A program made the position numbers and the translations under genes. From Octopus vulgaris (taxonomy: Eukaryota): DNA of 64,000 bases. Within the stretch, counting starts at the first letter, position 1; each line of letters begins with the position of its first letter. This document shows positions 26,188 to 40,912 of the stretch, piece after piece. The stretch spans positions 124,062,001 to 124,126,000 of the forward strand of contig OX597814.1 of assembly GCA_951406725.2 (NCBI GenBank). The letters are read 5' to 3'. The notes beneath the pieces are model-generated. The model had not been told where the DNA came from and ran no database searches. It saw nothing but the letters and a program-made list of their open reading frames with translations.

Positions 26188-29100
26188 GTAAGTTTATCTC
26201 TTGTGTTTGGTTTAGTCAGTGATGTAACTAGTCCTACATGTTTAACCTAGTTTCCGGTACAAATTTTCTACCTGATGTGTTTAGCTGAGACACCCTGGTG
26301 CAAATTATAGCATGTGTTTATGAGTTACCTTATATGTTTAGCTTAGACTATGCCATATGCTAATAAATTATTGATATATTACTGGCAACTGGCTCAATTA
26401 ATAAATAATTGATGCATTAAATAGTGTATGTCTCATGGTTTTTTTTTTTTTTAACATTTGATTTAAATTTCAGCTTTTAGCCAACACCTTGTCAGCATTT
26501 GAACTCAATTAAATATAGTGGAGAGTTATTTTAGACAGTACAGCTTGGTACAGTCTTCTGGCTCACTAGCTCCTGTCAAACCTTCCAACCCATTCCAGAT
26601 GGAAAGCAGACATTAAATGATGATTGATGTTTTTTTATAAATCTCTTTGTGGACATGAAAGGAGGAATTGGTCTGATGGGTTTTCATCCTTTATGGGAAC
26701 TTTTCAGGAATGAGTATTTGTCTGTAAATGTCAACAGAGACATTGTATTTATAGCTACTAGAATTAAGAGCCTCATTAAACTGAAAAGTTTGATTTTCAT
26801 AAATAATTCATTACTGGCTGCTAATTAAACTACTAAATTACTGACACATTAAGCAGTGTATAATTGATACTATAATTTTACCTTAAAGTAAATTTAAATT
26901 TTTAACCAATACAGTATGTCTGAGTAATAATTTAATTTATAATTTAAAACTATAGAGTTTCTGATATGTTTGGCTTACTTTGCAATACATATTCACAAAT
27001 GTATTCAGCACATATTCAGATATAAGGATGCCTCGTGTGTTTATTATGGACTGTGATGTCAGTTGCCTGATATGTGTAGCTTAGTCTGAAGTTCAGATTA
27101 TTTCTTAATGTAAATAATCTAACATGCTTAGGTGAGGTCCTCGTGTGAGATGTCTGTTATGTCTGTGATGTAGCTTGTCTTTGTCTCAGGCACGAGATGC
27201 TTCATGTGTTCAGTTTAATCTGTGCTATAAATTGAGTAATGTTCTTACCTTGATCTTTGGTTACAATTTCTCATGTCTTTAGGTTAATCTCCAGTGTAAG
27301 ATACTGGATATATTTAGTTTAGTCTGCGATGTAAGTTGTCTAATATGTTTAGTTTTGTCTGTGGTGTTTGCCACAACACACTTGGAGTATTCATGGAGTT
27401 GCAGGGGTTGACAGATATTGGTTAAGCATAACTGTACAAATCTGCCTTATGTTCCATTGCTCTGCATTTTCTGTAGGGGTTTACTATTTTAGACCTATTT
27501 TAACGCTCAATAAAACAGCCTCACAAAGCAACAGGGCTTATTCTTTTCTACTCTAGGCACAAGGCCCGAAATTTTGGGGGAGAGGGCCAGTCGATTAGAT
27601 CGACCCCAGTATGCAAATGGTACTTAATTTATCGACCACGAAAGGATGAAGACAAAGTCGACCTTAGTGGAATTTGAACTCAGAATGTAAAGACAGACGA
27701 AATACCTATTTCTTTACTACCCACAAGGGGCTAAACACAGAGAGGACAAACAAGGACAGACAAATGGATTAAGTCGATTACATCGACCCCAGTGTGTAAC
27801 TGGTACTTATTTAATCAACTCTGAAAGGATGAAAGGCAAAGTTGACCTTGGCGGAATTTGAACTCAGAATGTAATGGCAGATGAAATACGGCTATGCATT
27901 TCGCCCAGTGTGCTAACGTTTCTGCCAGCTCGCTGCCTTGGCAACAAGGCTTATTATTATAGTGGGCAGAGTTTGTGCTGAACCACTCCCACTCTCTCAC
28001 TCTCAAATTTGTGTTGGTCAGGATGCAAGATTTGTATGGAGTTACCTTTTCTTAGATGAGGAGCTAAAGAACTGAAGGGCCTCATATATCCCAGGTCCAT
28101 TGGGGTATCTGTAAGTGGCCCTCTAGAAGTAATTCCATGACATACTAAATAATTCCGAACTAGGATCCTATCAGGTGCTACTACTCCATGTTAGAATAGG
28201 CCTGGAGATAATGGTAGCTTAGAGTTGGTTCCACACCCACTAAAACCATGGAACTCTCAAACCAGGGTCCCACAATCAAATACAGTTTAAAGGACCCAGG
28301 ACAATCAATCTTGTGTATTTGAAATAAACTGTTCTATAATATCTGATACTTTAAATGATGTGTTTAGTGTTAGACAGCAGTGTTAAACTAATGTAGTGCT
28401 AAACTGTTGTACGATATCAGATTTGCTTATTGTTGAACTATTCATTAACATATGATGTGTTTAGTATTAGACTATTGAATGACATCTAATGGGGAGTAGT
28501 AGTGTTCGACTGTTGTGTGATATTTGATATGTTTAGAAGTGTGATATCTGATAGGTTTGTCATAGGTTGCCATATGACATCTGATGCATTCAGTGCTAGA
28601 TTGAGTTATGAAGAGTTTGACATCATAATTTACATGTCAAGAGCAATTAGTTAAGAGGTTTTTCTTTCGGCAGCAGATACAGGAGATGTGAATCAGTATG
28701 AAACACACTGATGAAGTTTGGCAGAAATAATGATTTAAAACATCTCAGAGTGTTTCAACAAGGACATATTACGAAACCATTGTTATTATAATACAGAAGT
28801 CTTGAAGTTGAAGTGATATCAAATAAAGTAAAGAGGTTTTTTGAAACTGGAGATAATAAAAAGGCTTCAAAAATCCGACAATAAATTTATTGGTCATAAG
28901 TATCAAATAATATTTGTCATATATTAACATCAATGAAATCAATAATAAGTAAAACAAATATATAATAATCACTAAAGATTACCGATTCTAAAACAGTTTT
29001 CCATTTCCAGTGCTGTAAACAAATCCAATTAACATATTTTATTTCCTACCTGATTATTGCAAATGTCATACTGTATTATATTTTCTGTGAGTGATATCTA

Positions 29101-29709
29101 GAAAAGGCTTCTAGAAAATGTCAGTAACAAACAAATATTGTTGTACAGAAAGTCTGAAAAAAAAAAAAAAAGAAAAACTGTAACCATTATGTTTTCAGTT
29201 TGATATTTTCCATTTTTTGTTATATCTATTTGTCTGTGTTAGTATGGGTTGGAATGTTCTACAAATCTTTGTCGTCATCACCATCATTGTTGTTGTTGTT
29301 GTCATTGATATTGGCATCAGCAGTTTTGGTGCTGCCACTGCTACCACCACCACCACTACCACTACCATCATCATCATCACGATCATCATCTTTTAGCACC
29401 CATCTTCCTTGCCTGCATGATCTGAGGATCTGAAAAGCTCAAGGACTGTGCTCCACTGTCTACTTTGGCATGGTTTCTATAGCTGGGTACCTTTCCTAAT
29501 GCCAGTCACTTTACAGCATATACTGAGTAGTGCTTTGTTTGCATTACCAGCACTAGTGAGGCCACATTGCAGCTTGCAAGACTAAGATCCCTGTTGACTG
29601 AGTGGGACTACAATAGAGAGGGAGGCAGCTTTATACTAGGATATGAGAGGGTCGAAGTATGAGAAGAGCCAGAACTGAGCAGGTTTCTTGCTGCTGAGTT
29701 GCATTATAT

Positions 29710-31330
29710 TGTGATGAGTCAAAAGTTTTGCAATATTTTGGTAACTTATGGTAGTGAGCTGGCAGAATTGTTAGCATGCCAGGCGAAATGCTTAGCGGTA
29801 TTTCATCTGCCGCTACGTTCTGAGTTCAAATTCCGCCGCGGTTGACTTTGCCTTTCATCCTTTCAGGGTCGATTAGATAAGTACCGTTTGTCTGTCCTTG
29901 TTTGTTCCTTCTGTGTTTAGCCCCTTGTGGGTAGTAAAGAAATAGGTATTTCTTCTGTCTTTACATTCTGGGTTCAAATTCTGCCGAGATCGACTTTGCC
30001 TTTCTTCATTTCAGGGTTGATAAATTAAATACCAGTTGCATACTGGGGTTGATCTAATCGATTGCCCTGCCTCCTCGAAAATTTCGGGCCTTGTGCCTAG
30101 AGTAGAAAGGAATATTTTGTTAACTTATTTGCTTCATTCATCGTGTTAAACAAAAAAACAACAAAAAAAAACCCAGCCTAGCATTCAAAGTAGAGACCAT
30201 CATATGGCACCCTCTGAAGCCACCTTTCTGCCAGCTCTTTGATCCTATGATGATGCCTTGGAGGCACATGGCTTTGTGGTTAGGATGTTGGACTCATGAT
30301 CATAAGATTGCAGTTTCGATTCCTGGAGCGGGCAGTGCATTGTGTTTTCAAGCAAAACACTTCATTTCATGTGGCTCCAGTCCTCCCAGCTGGAAAAAAT
30401 GAGTAACCCTGAGATGAACCAGCATTCCATCCAGGAGGAGAATTTATACGCCATGAAACTGGGAAACCAGCCCTCATGAGTCAACATGACCCAAGATGTT
30501 AACCTTATTTTTACCTTTTACACTCTTTTACTTGTATCAGTCATTTGACTGCAGCCATGCTGGAGCACTGCCTTTAGTCAAGCAAATCGACCCCAGGACT
30601 TATTCTTTGTAAGCCTAATGCTTATTCTATCGGTCTCTTGTGCTAAGCTGCTAAGTTACGGGGACGTAAACACCAGCATTGGTTGTCAAGCAATGTCGGG
30701 GGACAAATACAGACACATAAACACATACACATATATACATACACATATATACAACGGGCTTCTTTCAGTTTCCGTCTACCAAATCCACTCATAAGGCTTT
30801 GGTCAGCCCGAGGCTATAGTAGAAGACACTTGCCCAAGGTGCCTTGCAGTGGACTGAACCCAGATTCATGTGGTTGGTAAGCAAGCTACTTACCACACAG
30901 CCGGTTCTTGACTTTTGGGGTGAAGAACTCCTTCACAGAAGCTTCCACTACTTCATGGTTGATGAAGTATCATGAGCACAAGAAGTGAGCCATGGATCAG
31001 AACAAGTAACAATCCGAGAGAGCTGGGTCCTGACTATATGGTGGGTGTGACATCAGTTTGATTCCCTTAAGTTCCTGGAGTTTATTACAGTGGTATGAGA
31101 TCTTGTGTTGTCTTGCTGCAGAAGATCACGGCTTCTGTTAACCAATGCTGGGTATTTTTGCTACATAATGGCATACATCCACTCCACCTGTTCAGAGTAC
31201 AGGTTGGTATCAATTATTCAAGTCTTTCATCCGTCTGGTGTTAATAATATAAAGAACCAGTCAAGCGCTTACGTTGAATCATTGAACTAACCACTCTTTC
31301 ACAAATTTCGGATCTTGTTCCTTTTCATCT
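29710..31330 (-). mobile_element. Mariner C-terminal remnant fragmented by three SINE insertions
   Basis: Minus-strand LLQQDNTRSH and HPPYSQD..SDCYLF motifs (~30900-31120); SINE at 29748-30110 flanked by direct repeat AATATTTTG(G/T)TAACTTAT. Confidence 0.7.
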
Positions 31331-31578
31331 TCATCTTCATTTGTTGTCAATTTTTCCAAGTTCACATGGGTCAAACAGAATTTGTTGAAGCAAATTTTCT
31401 ACAATGAAACACATTTCTTGTCATCAACCCACAACCATTTCCAAGCAAGATAATATTTCCTCATAACCAGACGTGGAAGATTGTAAACAAACAACATTAC
31501 TTGTAGTATGATAGTGATGTTCATTAACTATTGTCACATGATATACATGCACATATACACACACATATACACAGATAT

Positions 31579-32291
31579 CAGTGGCATAGCTAATAAGGGA
31601 GCAAAAGGAGTGATCGCTTCCTCTGAGCATATTTTAAAAAACTGGTGCCTCTTTAACAATTGTTTTAAACTCTTTAATTACCTCTATTAGTAGTTTTAAG
31701 TTTCATACTTAATTACTTTGTTACTGAAACATGAAATTAATAAATGTAGAATACAATAAGGTATATCATAGGCACAAGAGTGGCCGAGTGGTTAGGAGCT
31801 TGCTTCCCAACCACATGGTTCCAGGTTCAGTCCCACTGCATAGCATCTTGGGCAAGTGCCTTCTACTATAACCTTGGACTGACCAAAGCCTTGTGAGTGG
31901 ATTTGGTAGACAGAAACTGAAAGAAGCCTGTTGTATATATATATATGCGAGTCTGTGTGTATATATGTGTGTGTGAGTGTGTGTATTTGTGTGTCTATGT
32001 TTGTCTCCCCCACCATCGCTTGACATCCGATGTTGGTGTGCTTATGTCCCTGTAACTTAGTGGTTCGGCAATAGAGACCGATAGAATAAGTCCTGGGGTC
32101 GATTTGTTTAACTAAAGGTGGTGCTCCAGCATGGCCGCAATCAAATGACTGAAACAAGTAAAAGAATAAAAGAATTATAAATTAGGAAATATTTCATGAC
32201 AGAAATGGGTTAAAAATTGTTTGGTATGAGTCATGGCACCATCTTTTTATGTGCTTGCTCCCCCTAACTTTAGATCCTGGTTATGCCTCTG
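31579..32291. mobile_element. Unclassified MITE with 6-bp TSD, interrupted by a family-1 SINE
   Basis: Ends CAGTGGCATAGC / GTTATGCCTCTG; AGATAT duplicated at 31573-31578 and 32292-32297. Confidence 0.6.
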
Positions 32292-32873
32292 AGATATGAA
32301 AGAGTTCTTTCAGTTTCTGTTACACAAATCTACTTGCTTAGCCTGGAGCTGTGGTACAAGACACTTGTCCAGGATGCTATGCAGTGGGACTGAATCAGAA
32401 ACAGCAAGATTAGGAAGCAAGCTTCTACATCACACAGCCTCACCATGTGGTTAAGAATCTTATTAGTTTTTCAGAAGAGAAGAGACGGTACCAATGGTAT
32501 TTCATGTCCCCTCCCCCAACTACACACAACAGAAAAAAATCAATGCAGATGATATTCAGTTTGAACACTGATAGCTCAATGCCTGCAGAATAAGCATGGA
32601 TAAGGAATGAATTACGCAAGATTTAACTCTTAGTATGTGAGATATACACGGGAAAAAGATATTTAGGATAAAATTTCAGTAGTTTCCCAAAGAAACACAC
32701 TTAAATATTGGCACAATGGCTGAGAATTTCTGCTGCATTTAATATATTTTAGAAATATTTAATTTAAAACCTCTTCAGAAATTTTTATAGAGTTGTATGT
32801 AAGGATGGGAACCTTTCAGAAAATTCTTAAATAATTTGATGATCCAACTTTCTCTTATATCTTCCACTTTCAG

Positions 32874-32942
32874 ATTGTGTTAGTGACGTATATGTTGAAA
32901 TTTTCCAATTCCTCTGTGGATGTGCTGTCATGCTTTGCGAGT
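32874..32942 (+). CDS. Exon of UNC13D/BAIAP3-like gene (MHD1); last exon identified
   Basis: ccactttcag acceptor, AGT|gtaagt donor; IVLVTYMLKFSNSSVDVLSCFAS resembles KHSTSAVDLSTCFAQ of UNC13D (recalled); phase 0 to 0. Confidence 0.92.
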
Positions 32943-34634
32943 GTAAGTATGCTGTTACATTCTCTCAATTTTCTCTTATAAAGGTTTCCTTTTAAATATT
33001 AATTCTTTGATGTTTTCAGGGAACGGGCATCACCGCAAACCACCAATAAAATGTTTTGTCCTTTTTATTATCTAAAATTCTTTGATTTTACATTAGATTT
33101 AGCAAAAGTTGCAATGCATAGCCAAAGAATTTTGGTTTTTGATACTTTCGGAAACATTAATTTTATAAAACTGTTAAATATTTAATACTTCACTTCACTG
33201 AATGTTACCATCTTGGTTTGAACATAGTAATTCTTCTTCAACTACCTTTCATTACACTTCACCATCTTATCAGGCTGCATAGCCATGTGGTTAAGAAGTT
33301 TGCTTCCCAACCACATTATTTCAGGTTCACTTCCACTGCATGGTATCACAAGCAAATGATTTCTACAGTAACCCTTTCATTACATATTACCATTTTATCA
33401 GTAAACATAGCTGCGTGGTAAAGATGTTTGCTTCCTGAGCATGTGATTGCAGGTTCAGGCATACTGCATGGCACATGATTCCTACTATAGCCCTAAGTTG
33501 ACCAAAGTTTCATGAGTAGGTTTGAGAGACAGAAACTAAAACAATCCCACCGTTTCTTTTTGTTTTCACATTTCTCCTATGTACTTGCTTAGTGGACATT
33601 TTTCATGAGCCTGAATGATTTTCTGATTGTACATAGTTTGCTTTATGTAAGCATGGTTGAATATTGTACTTTTCAAGTATGAAACTTTTGTAGCTCCCAT
33701 AACTTCTTAGGATATTAAATATTTCACTCTCACTGGATTGAGTGTCTTTTTTCTTCTTTCTTGATGCTATTGACAAATTAACAGTACATGATACATAAAC
33801 ATATATTGGTCAGTAGTTCATATACCACAAAAAGGAGCACATTCTAAAACATTGGAGTAATAATATTCAGAAGGTTGTTTGCTATGGCCGGTCAGAGAGT
33901 GACCACTGGCTTCACACCTATGTATGAAATCAATGGTCACTCCCTGACTGGCCATAATAAACAGCCTTCTAAATATATACATACACACATATATATATGT
34001 ATGTGTGTGTGTGTGTGTATCCCCAGTACCCACCCTGACTCCTCATCACCACCATCCTTATTTCCTTTTCCACTTCAACACTGAATTATTTTTACCTGCT
34101 TTTGTATAATGTGATCTGCCATGCAGTTCCTCTACAACAATAAACCTGTTGAAATGTGTCCTGGCCCCTTTGTTCATCACTTTGTTCCTCACCTAACATA
34201 AAGCTAACTCCCTCTCTATTTTACTCAGTCAGCTGATGGGGATCTTAGTCTTATGAGTTATATGGTGAAGTTACTAGTGTTGGTTCCATGGAGAGAAAAA
34301 AAGGCATTCAGTGCTATCTATAAAGTGGTTGGCACTAGGAAGGGAGCCCAAATGTAGAAACCATGCCAAAGCAGACATTGAAACTAGGGGCAGTCTTCAG
34401 GCTCATTAAAACTTGATGAACAGTAGATCCTATGACTTAAACAGGTATAAGATAAAAGATGAAATATAAAAGCTAAAAGATAAAAGATATGTGTGCATGG
34501 GTGGGGGTGATGCATGTATTTGTGTCTCTTTGTTTTGATGATGTACAGTCGTTGCACATCAGCACTATTGTCATACCAGAAATGTCCTTCTTTTCAACTT
34601 GCTGCGAAAATATGCTTGGCTATGGGGAAAATAT

Positions 34635-34935
34635 GTGGAGGCGCAATGGCCTAGTGGTTAGGGCAGCGGACTCGCGGACGTAGGATCGTGGTTTCAATTC
34701 CCAGACTGGGCATTGTGTGTGTGTTTATTGAGCGAAAACACTTAAAAGCTCCACGAGGCTCTGGCAGGGGGTCGTGTTGTACTCTTTCGCCTCAACTTTC
34801 TCTCACTCTTTCTTCCTGTTTCTTGAGTAACGCTGCGATGGACTGGCTGGGGGGAACACATATTCCACAGAAACCGGGAAACATGGGCCCATGAGCCTGG
34901 CTAGGCTTGAAAAGGGTGCAATAAATAAAATAAAA
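34635..34935 (+). mobile_element. tRNA-derived SINE family 4; representative copy
   Basis: GGAGGCGCAATGGCCTAGTGGTTAG..GGTTTCAATTCCC head; 13-bp TSD ATGGGGAAAATAT (34622-34634, 34936-34948). Related heads near 12137(-), 23880(-), 30258(+), 41780(-), 47205(-), 56570(-). Confidence 0.85.
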
Positions 34936-36230
34936 ATGGGGAAAATATCACCTTTGTTTGGAAACAGGTAAGGTTGGTCGACGACAGGGCATTCAACCAT
35001 AGAAAAATCTGTCACAATGAATTCCCTTTGACACATCATTGTCATCATCATCATTGTGATTTAGCATCCATTTTCCATTCTGCAATGGGTTGGACGGTTT
35101 GACAGGACCTGGCACGTGGAAGAGCTGCACCATACTCCAGTTGTCTGTTCTGGTATGGTTTCTACAGCTGGATGCCCTTCCTAATGCCAACTATTTTCCC
35201 AGAGTGTACTAGTGCTTTTCATGTGGCACCAGCAGGGGTGTGTTTTATGTGCCACCAGTATGGAAAAATGGAATTTAAATCAACAAGGCTGATGACAATG
35301 ATAATGATGATGATAATAATGATGGCAACGATGATGATAGTAATGATGAAGAGAATACACTACCTCGATTAATCTCCAATTAGGGGGTTTCAAAGTTCAA
35401 GGGTGAGATTGGTTTAAATTAAGGGAAAAACAAATTAAAGTTGTAATAAGAAATTGATAGGTGTAGGAGTGGCTGTATGGTAAGTAGCTTGCTTACCAAC
35501 CACATGGTTCTGGGTTCAGTCCCACTGCATGGCACCTTGGGCAAGTGTCTTCTACAATAGCCTCAGGCCAACCAAAGCCTTGTGAGTGGATTTCGTAGAC
35601 GGAAACTGAAAGAAGCCCGTCGTATATATATATATATATGTATGTATGTATGTGTGTATATGTTTGTGTGTCTGTCTTTGTCCCCACAACATTGCTTGAC
35701 AACGATGCTGGTGTGTTTACGTCTTCATAACTTAGCGGTTCGGCAAAAGAGACCGATAGAATAAGTACTAGGCTTATAAAGAATAAGAGCTGGGGTCGAT
35801 TTGCTCGACTAAAGGCGGTGCTCCAGCATAGCTACAGTCAAATGACCGAAACAAGTAAAAGAGTGAAACTCAAAAATTCTGAAATACAAACTGGAGTTCA
35901 GTATTTGGATTTGGCATTTTGCAGTGAGTGAGACTTGGCATTCTAGAAAGAGAGTTTGAGGTCTTCAGCTAAATTTGAAATGTCGGTGTAGGTTCAAAAG
36001 GTCCTTAGAGCTTCTAAATGATGGTCGTGGCTTAACAAACTATAAATATACTCATATACACACATGTAAACACATTTGTGGCACATATAAATGTACAAAT
36101 GCTCTTGCATACACATGTATATGGACATGTGTGATACATATAAGATTTATACACATGTACATGCGTGGATATAGGTCACATGTATATGCAAACATATACA
36201 AAACACATACATACATATAGATAGATAGAT

Positions 36231-36235
<5 letters not shown>

Positions 36236-36295
<60 letters not shown>

Positions 36296-36476
36296 AAGAA
36301 AGAGATTAATGATACATGCACATGCTTAGACATATGTCACACACACACACACACACATATATATAAGTAAACCTATATATATACAAATATGCACATATAG
36401 ATAGATAGAGAGGTATATATATATACATAGATATAGATATAGAGATAGATAGATAGATAGGTAGATAGATAGATAA

Positions 36477-36525
<49 letters not shown>

Positions 36526-36690
36526 TAGAGAGATAGAGAGATAGATAAATTGATAGATAGATAGAGTGATAGATAGATAAATAGATAGATAGATAGATAG
36601 CTAGTGACAGAAACAGGCAAAGAGAGAGAGAGAGATAGAAAAGGAAAAAATATTAATAGATAAATAGAGAAATAGAGAAAGAGAGATAAA
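36236..36690. repeat. (GA)n/(GATA)n microsatellite; complementary (TCTA)n array at 25825-25958
   Basis: Directly visible. Confidence 0.95.
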
Positions 36691-37060
36691 GACGAATTAT
36701 TAAAGAAAGAAGGCTGTTGATTCCTTGTAAGAGGATTGCCACAATTATTAAGTAAGATGGTCGGAACCTGAACGTTAGTCCCACTTGGATTCCTATATAC
36801 ATATTTACAGTCTTATCATCATATGCGCTGGCCATTCTTTACATTCTTTACAGATCTGAAATCTTGAAGAAGCTAGCATTGGTAGAATTGTCAGTCAACT
36901 TTTAGTTTACTTCGATGATCCGAAAATTACTATTCCAGTCAGTTCCTTTGTAGTTTTGGTTTGAAAGAATAATTCCTTGCTGAGCTTGTTTAGTGACTAC
37001 ATATGTACATATTTAAACTTCCCAACATCCCTATCTCTCTCTCTCTCTCCTTCTACATAC

Positions 37061-37118
<58 letters not shown>

Positions 37119-37146
37119 GCAAATATATACATACATATATATTTAT

Positions 37147-37178
<32 letters not shown>

Positions 37179-37526
37179 CGTTTAAGCGGATGTTAAACGA
37201 GATATATATATATTTGTATATGCACATACATAAATATATATATGTGCATATGTATATGTATATATTTGTGTGTGTGTGTATATATATGAATTTATTTACA
37301 TACATATATATATTTATATATATATATATATATAAATATATATAAATGCACACACACACATACACACACACACACATATATATGTGTACACATTTATGTT
37401 TGTGCGTGTGTGTGTGTGTGTGGAAAGCAGACATAAAATGATGATGCTGATGGTGATATGTATATACCTTTGTGTGATGTTTGTAATAATATATATATAT
37501 ATATACACGCATATACATACACACTC

Positions 37527-37575
<49 letters not shown>

Positions 37576-39299
37576 CATACTTACATGCAGACAATGACAT
37601 ATATAGTTTTTCATATCTACATAAACTAACTTAAATATTGCAAATTGGAAATGCTTGATGTGTCACAGCAATATCTAATATCAAATGTGTATTTGTGTGT
37701 GTGTGTGTTTGTGTGTGCGTGCATATATATAAATGTGTGTATGTGTGTGTGTGTATGTATATACAAACATATATGTTCAGGCACATATCACATATTAGAT
37801 ATCACTCTTCACATACAAACACACACACACGCACACACACACATAGAGCTAATCATATGAAGAGGGGGAATGTCCATAATCTTGGTAAGCCCTCCCAGAA
37901 TGGTAAGATCAATGCAGTTAGTGTTCAATTTGAACATCTATAGGTCGGCATCTGTAGGAAGAATGGGTATGGCGGTGATGGAGGGAACGAAGTGCTTAGT
38001 GTGAAAACCTGTTAGATAAGACACAGTTGGATGATGAGACAAGGAGAAAGAAGTGAATATAAGCAAAGAGGAAGACATACACCAGATGAGAAGAGCAGAG
38101 CTGATGCTGCAGAAGAAGAAAAAGATGAGAAAGTAAACTACATTAGCACAGGCATAGCTGGGTGGTTAAGAAGCTTGCTTTGCAGCCATGTGGTTTGTTG
38201 TTCCAGTCCCACTGTATGGTGCCTTGGGTATGTGTTTTCTGCTATAGCCCCAGACTGACCATTGTATTGCCTTGTGAGGGAACTTGGTAGACAGAAATAT
38301 GTGAAGGCGGCGAGCTGGCAGAAACGTTAGCACGCAGGGCGAAATGCTTACTGGTATTTCGTCTGCCGCTACATTCTGAGTTCAAATTCCGCCACGGTCA
38401 ACTTTGCCTTTCATCCTTTTGGAGTCAATTAAATAAGCACCAGTTACGCACTGGGGTCGATATAATCGACTTAAACCGTTTGTCTGTCCTTGTTTGTCCC
38501 CTCTGTGTGTAGCCCCTATGTGGGCAGTAAAGAAATAAGAAATGTGTAGAAGCTGTGTGTGTGTGCATGTGTGTTTGTCTGTGTGTGTGTGTGTGTTTAT
38601 GTTTGTGTATGTCCCTTCTACCATCTGACAGTGATGTTGGTTTGTTTACATCTCTGCAACTTAGTAGTTTGGCAAAAGAAACTGACAGAATATGTACCAG
38701 ACTTATGAAAAGAAATTAAACAATAATACTGGTGTGAATTTGTTCCACTGATTTAAGGTGGTGCTCCAGCATGGCTGTAGTTTGATGATAAAACAGACAA
38801 AAGATAAAAGATAAAACTTATATCTTTGGTGCAATGGTCATATTATGTTGGTGAGTAAATCTTCACCAATCTGTCAGATAACCTTCCTTTACATGTGGTT
38901 TAGGGTGACTTTGTTGTTGCTGTTGTTGTTCTTAAGCAACAAGATGGGTAAGGATGATTAGGTGATGGTCTAGGGCTTAGGGGCAGGAGACCCCAGACCT
39001 TGGGGAAAAATAAAACTTTGGTTGTCTTGTTGTAGTCAAGGGCTCTTTGTTGATGCCCGACACCACTGGGAGGTGGCCCTCGAAGTCACTGGAAATGGAG
39101 ATCTCCAGGTCCAAATTCTTGGATGGCTGTTGCTGCTGTTGCAGCATATTTGTAGATATTTTCAATATCTCAATGATTATTGCCAATAGTCGAGCAGATC
39201 TGACATTAATGGTCATTTTGACCACTTCCTATTGGATCTACTGAGAATGATCATTTTTCCCACACTTTCTCCACATTTAGCAACCACTTTTAATAACAT

Positions 39300-40700
39300 T
39301 TCCAGGCCTTTTTTCTTTTCAGCATCAGTGTGGTTAATTACACTGCTGTTATTCCAAACACCCATTCTTCCTAATGACATTCTTTCTACACTGATTTAAC
39401 ATTGGAATAATGCTTTGCAATCTGGTATCCTCACTCCCCTGGTTCCCTCATCTCACAACACTCCCAAACTTGTTGATTTTAGCTTCTGTCTGTAATAAAC
39501 TTGTTCTTTAGTCATTTCTCTTTTAACTACTTGATATTGTTCTATGCTGCTCAGTTCTTCCAGTCTTTGTCTTTGGGCTTTTATAGCTCTATCTACAGTA
39601 CTGTTCCATTGATCATGTCAACTTTTCTCTTGCTGATACCATATATCTCATCTGTGGCCCACAGCAGGTTTTCTCATAAAAACCTCAATCCTTTATGTTT
39701 GCCCATTGCCTTCTTTCTGAACCTATGTTTAGTAGATGGAGTTTTAGACTTCCATATGTTCCATAGTGTCTTGTGTCTCTTGCTTTGTATAACTCTTATA
39801 CAAAATTTACTAAGCACTAATCTATACTGAGCAGTACATTCTTCACAAGAGATAAACTTAGCATTGATAGCCATTTATCTCATTTCTAAAGATTATAAAG
39901 TCTATTGTGTTTTTGCATTTGTCAGTGTGATACATGATAAAGTGGTTGGTCTGTTCCCTGAACTTGCAGATGGTAAGGTCACTTGTGTCACAGAATTCCA
40001 GGAGAACTTCATAAGGTGGTGAGCTGGCAGAATCAGCACACCAGGCAAAATGCTTAGCAGTATTTCGTCTGCCGCTACATTCTGAGTTCAAATTCTGCCA
40101 AGGTTGACTTTGCCTGTCATTCTTTTGGGGTCGATAAATTAAGTACCAGTTACGCACTGAGGTCTATGTAATCGACTTAATCCCTTTGTCTGTCCTTGTT
40201 TGTCCCCTCTCCATTTAGCCCCTTGTGGGCAATAAAGAAATAAGAATTCCAGGAGCTTTGATTCCTCTTCATTCTTTAGAGCATATCCATAACTACTATG
40301 TACTCTGGGGTAGCCATCCTAGTATGACCCAACACATTCATTAAAGTCATCTCTTGTGATAATAAATTTGCTACCATTTGTTATTGAGGTGGCCCACAAA
40401 AGAGCCTCATCAAAATGGTTCTTATGCTCATCTGCAAATCCCGGTAGTGGTGCCTAATCTGAGATAAGATTTGTTGTGTTGCCTATGATAGTTTAAGCTT
40501 AATTATTGTCACATTCCCTTCAATTACTTTACCTTCACCTACCCTAGCATTTTTACATATCCAGATGGATTTCTATCTTTCTCCTTTGCTCATTAAGAGT
40601 CTGGTTGATGCTTTCTACCATCTTACCTTTTCTATACACCTTACATCCATCTATTTTCTTCTACCCTAGTATGTCTACAATCACAACAGACCTACCTTTA
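39300..40700 (-). mobile_element. RTE-like LINE apurinic endonuclease remnant, interrupted by a family-2 SINE
   Basis: LLEFCDTSDLTIC..IDFII (ORF 39858-40157) and NAKFISCEECTAQYRLV (ORF 39674-39874); DDFN motif near 40345. Confidence 0.7.
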
Positions 40701-40912
40701 CTACTTTCAACATTGAGAATGACAGCCTAGAATATCTAACAGTGGGAGGGTTATTGTTTGAAGTCTGCTTTCTGCATCTGAAGGGAAATGTATGATTGTT
40801 TGATGACAGTTGGTCAGATATTCCCCACCAGCAACCTCAGTACTGTGGGCATCTCTAACATGGTAAATGTCAGCCATATATATGGAGTTAAAGTTTTTCA
40901 TCATATTTGTAA

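Noticed and set aside
34229-34290. Possible next MUN exon (SADGDLSLMSYMVKLL)
   Set aside because: Lacks the expected W/PD context, has no convincing donor and runs into a family-3 SINE remnant
34636-34710. tRNA-like sequence
   Set aside because: SINE head with TSD and repeat body, not a tRNA gene
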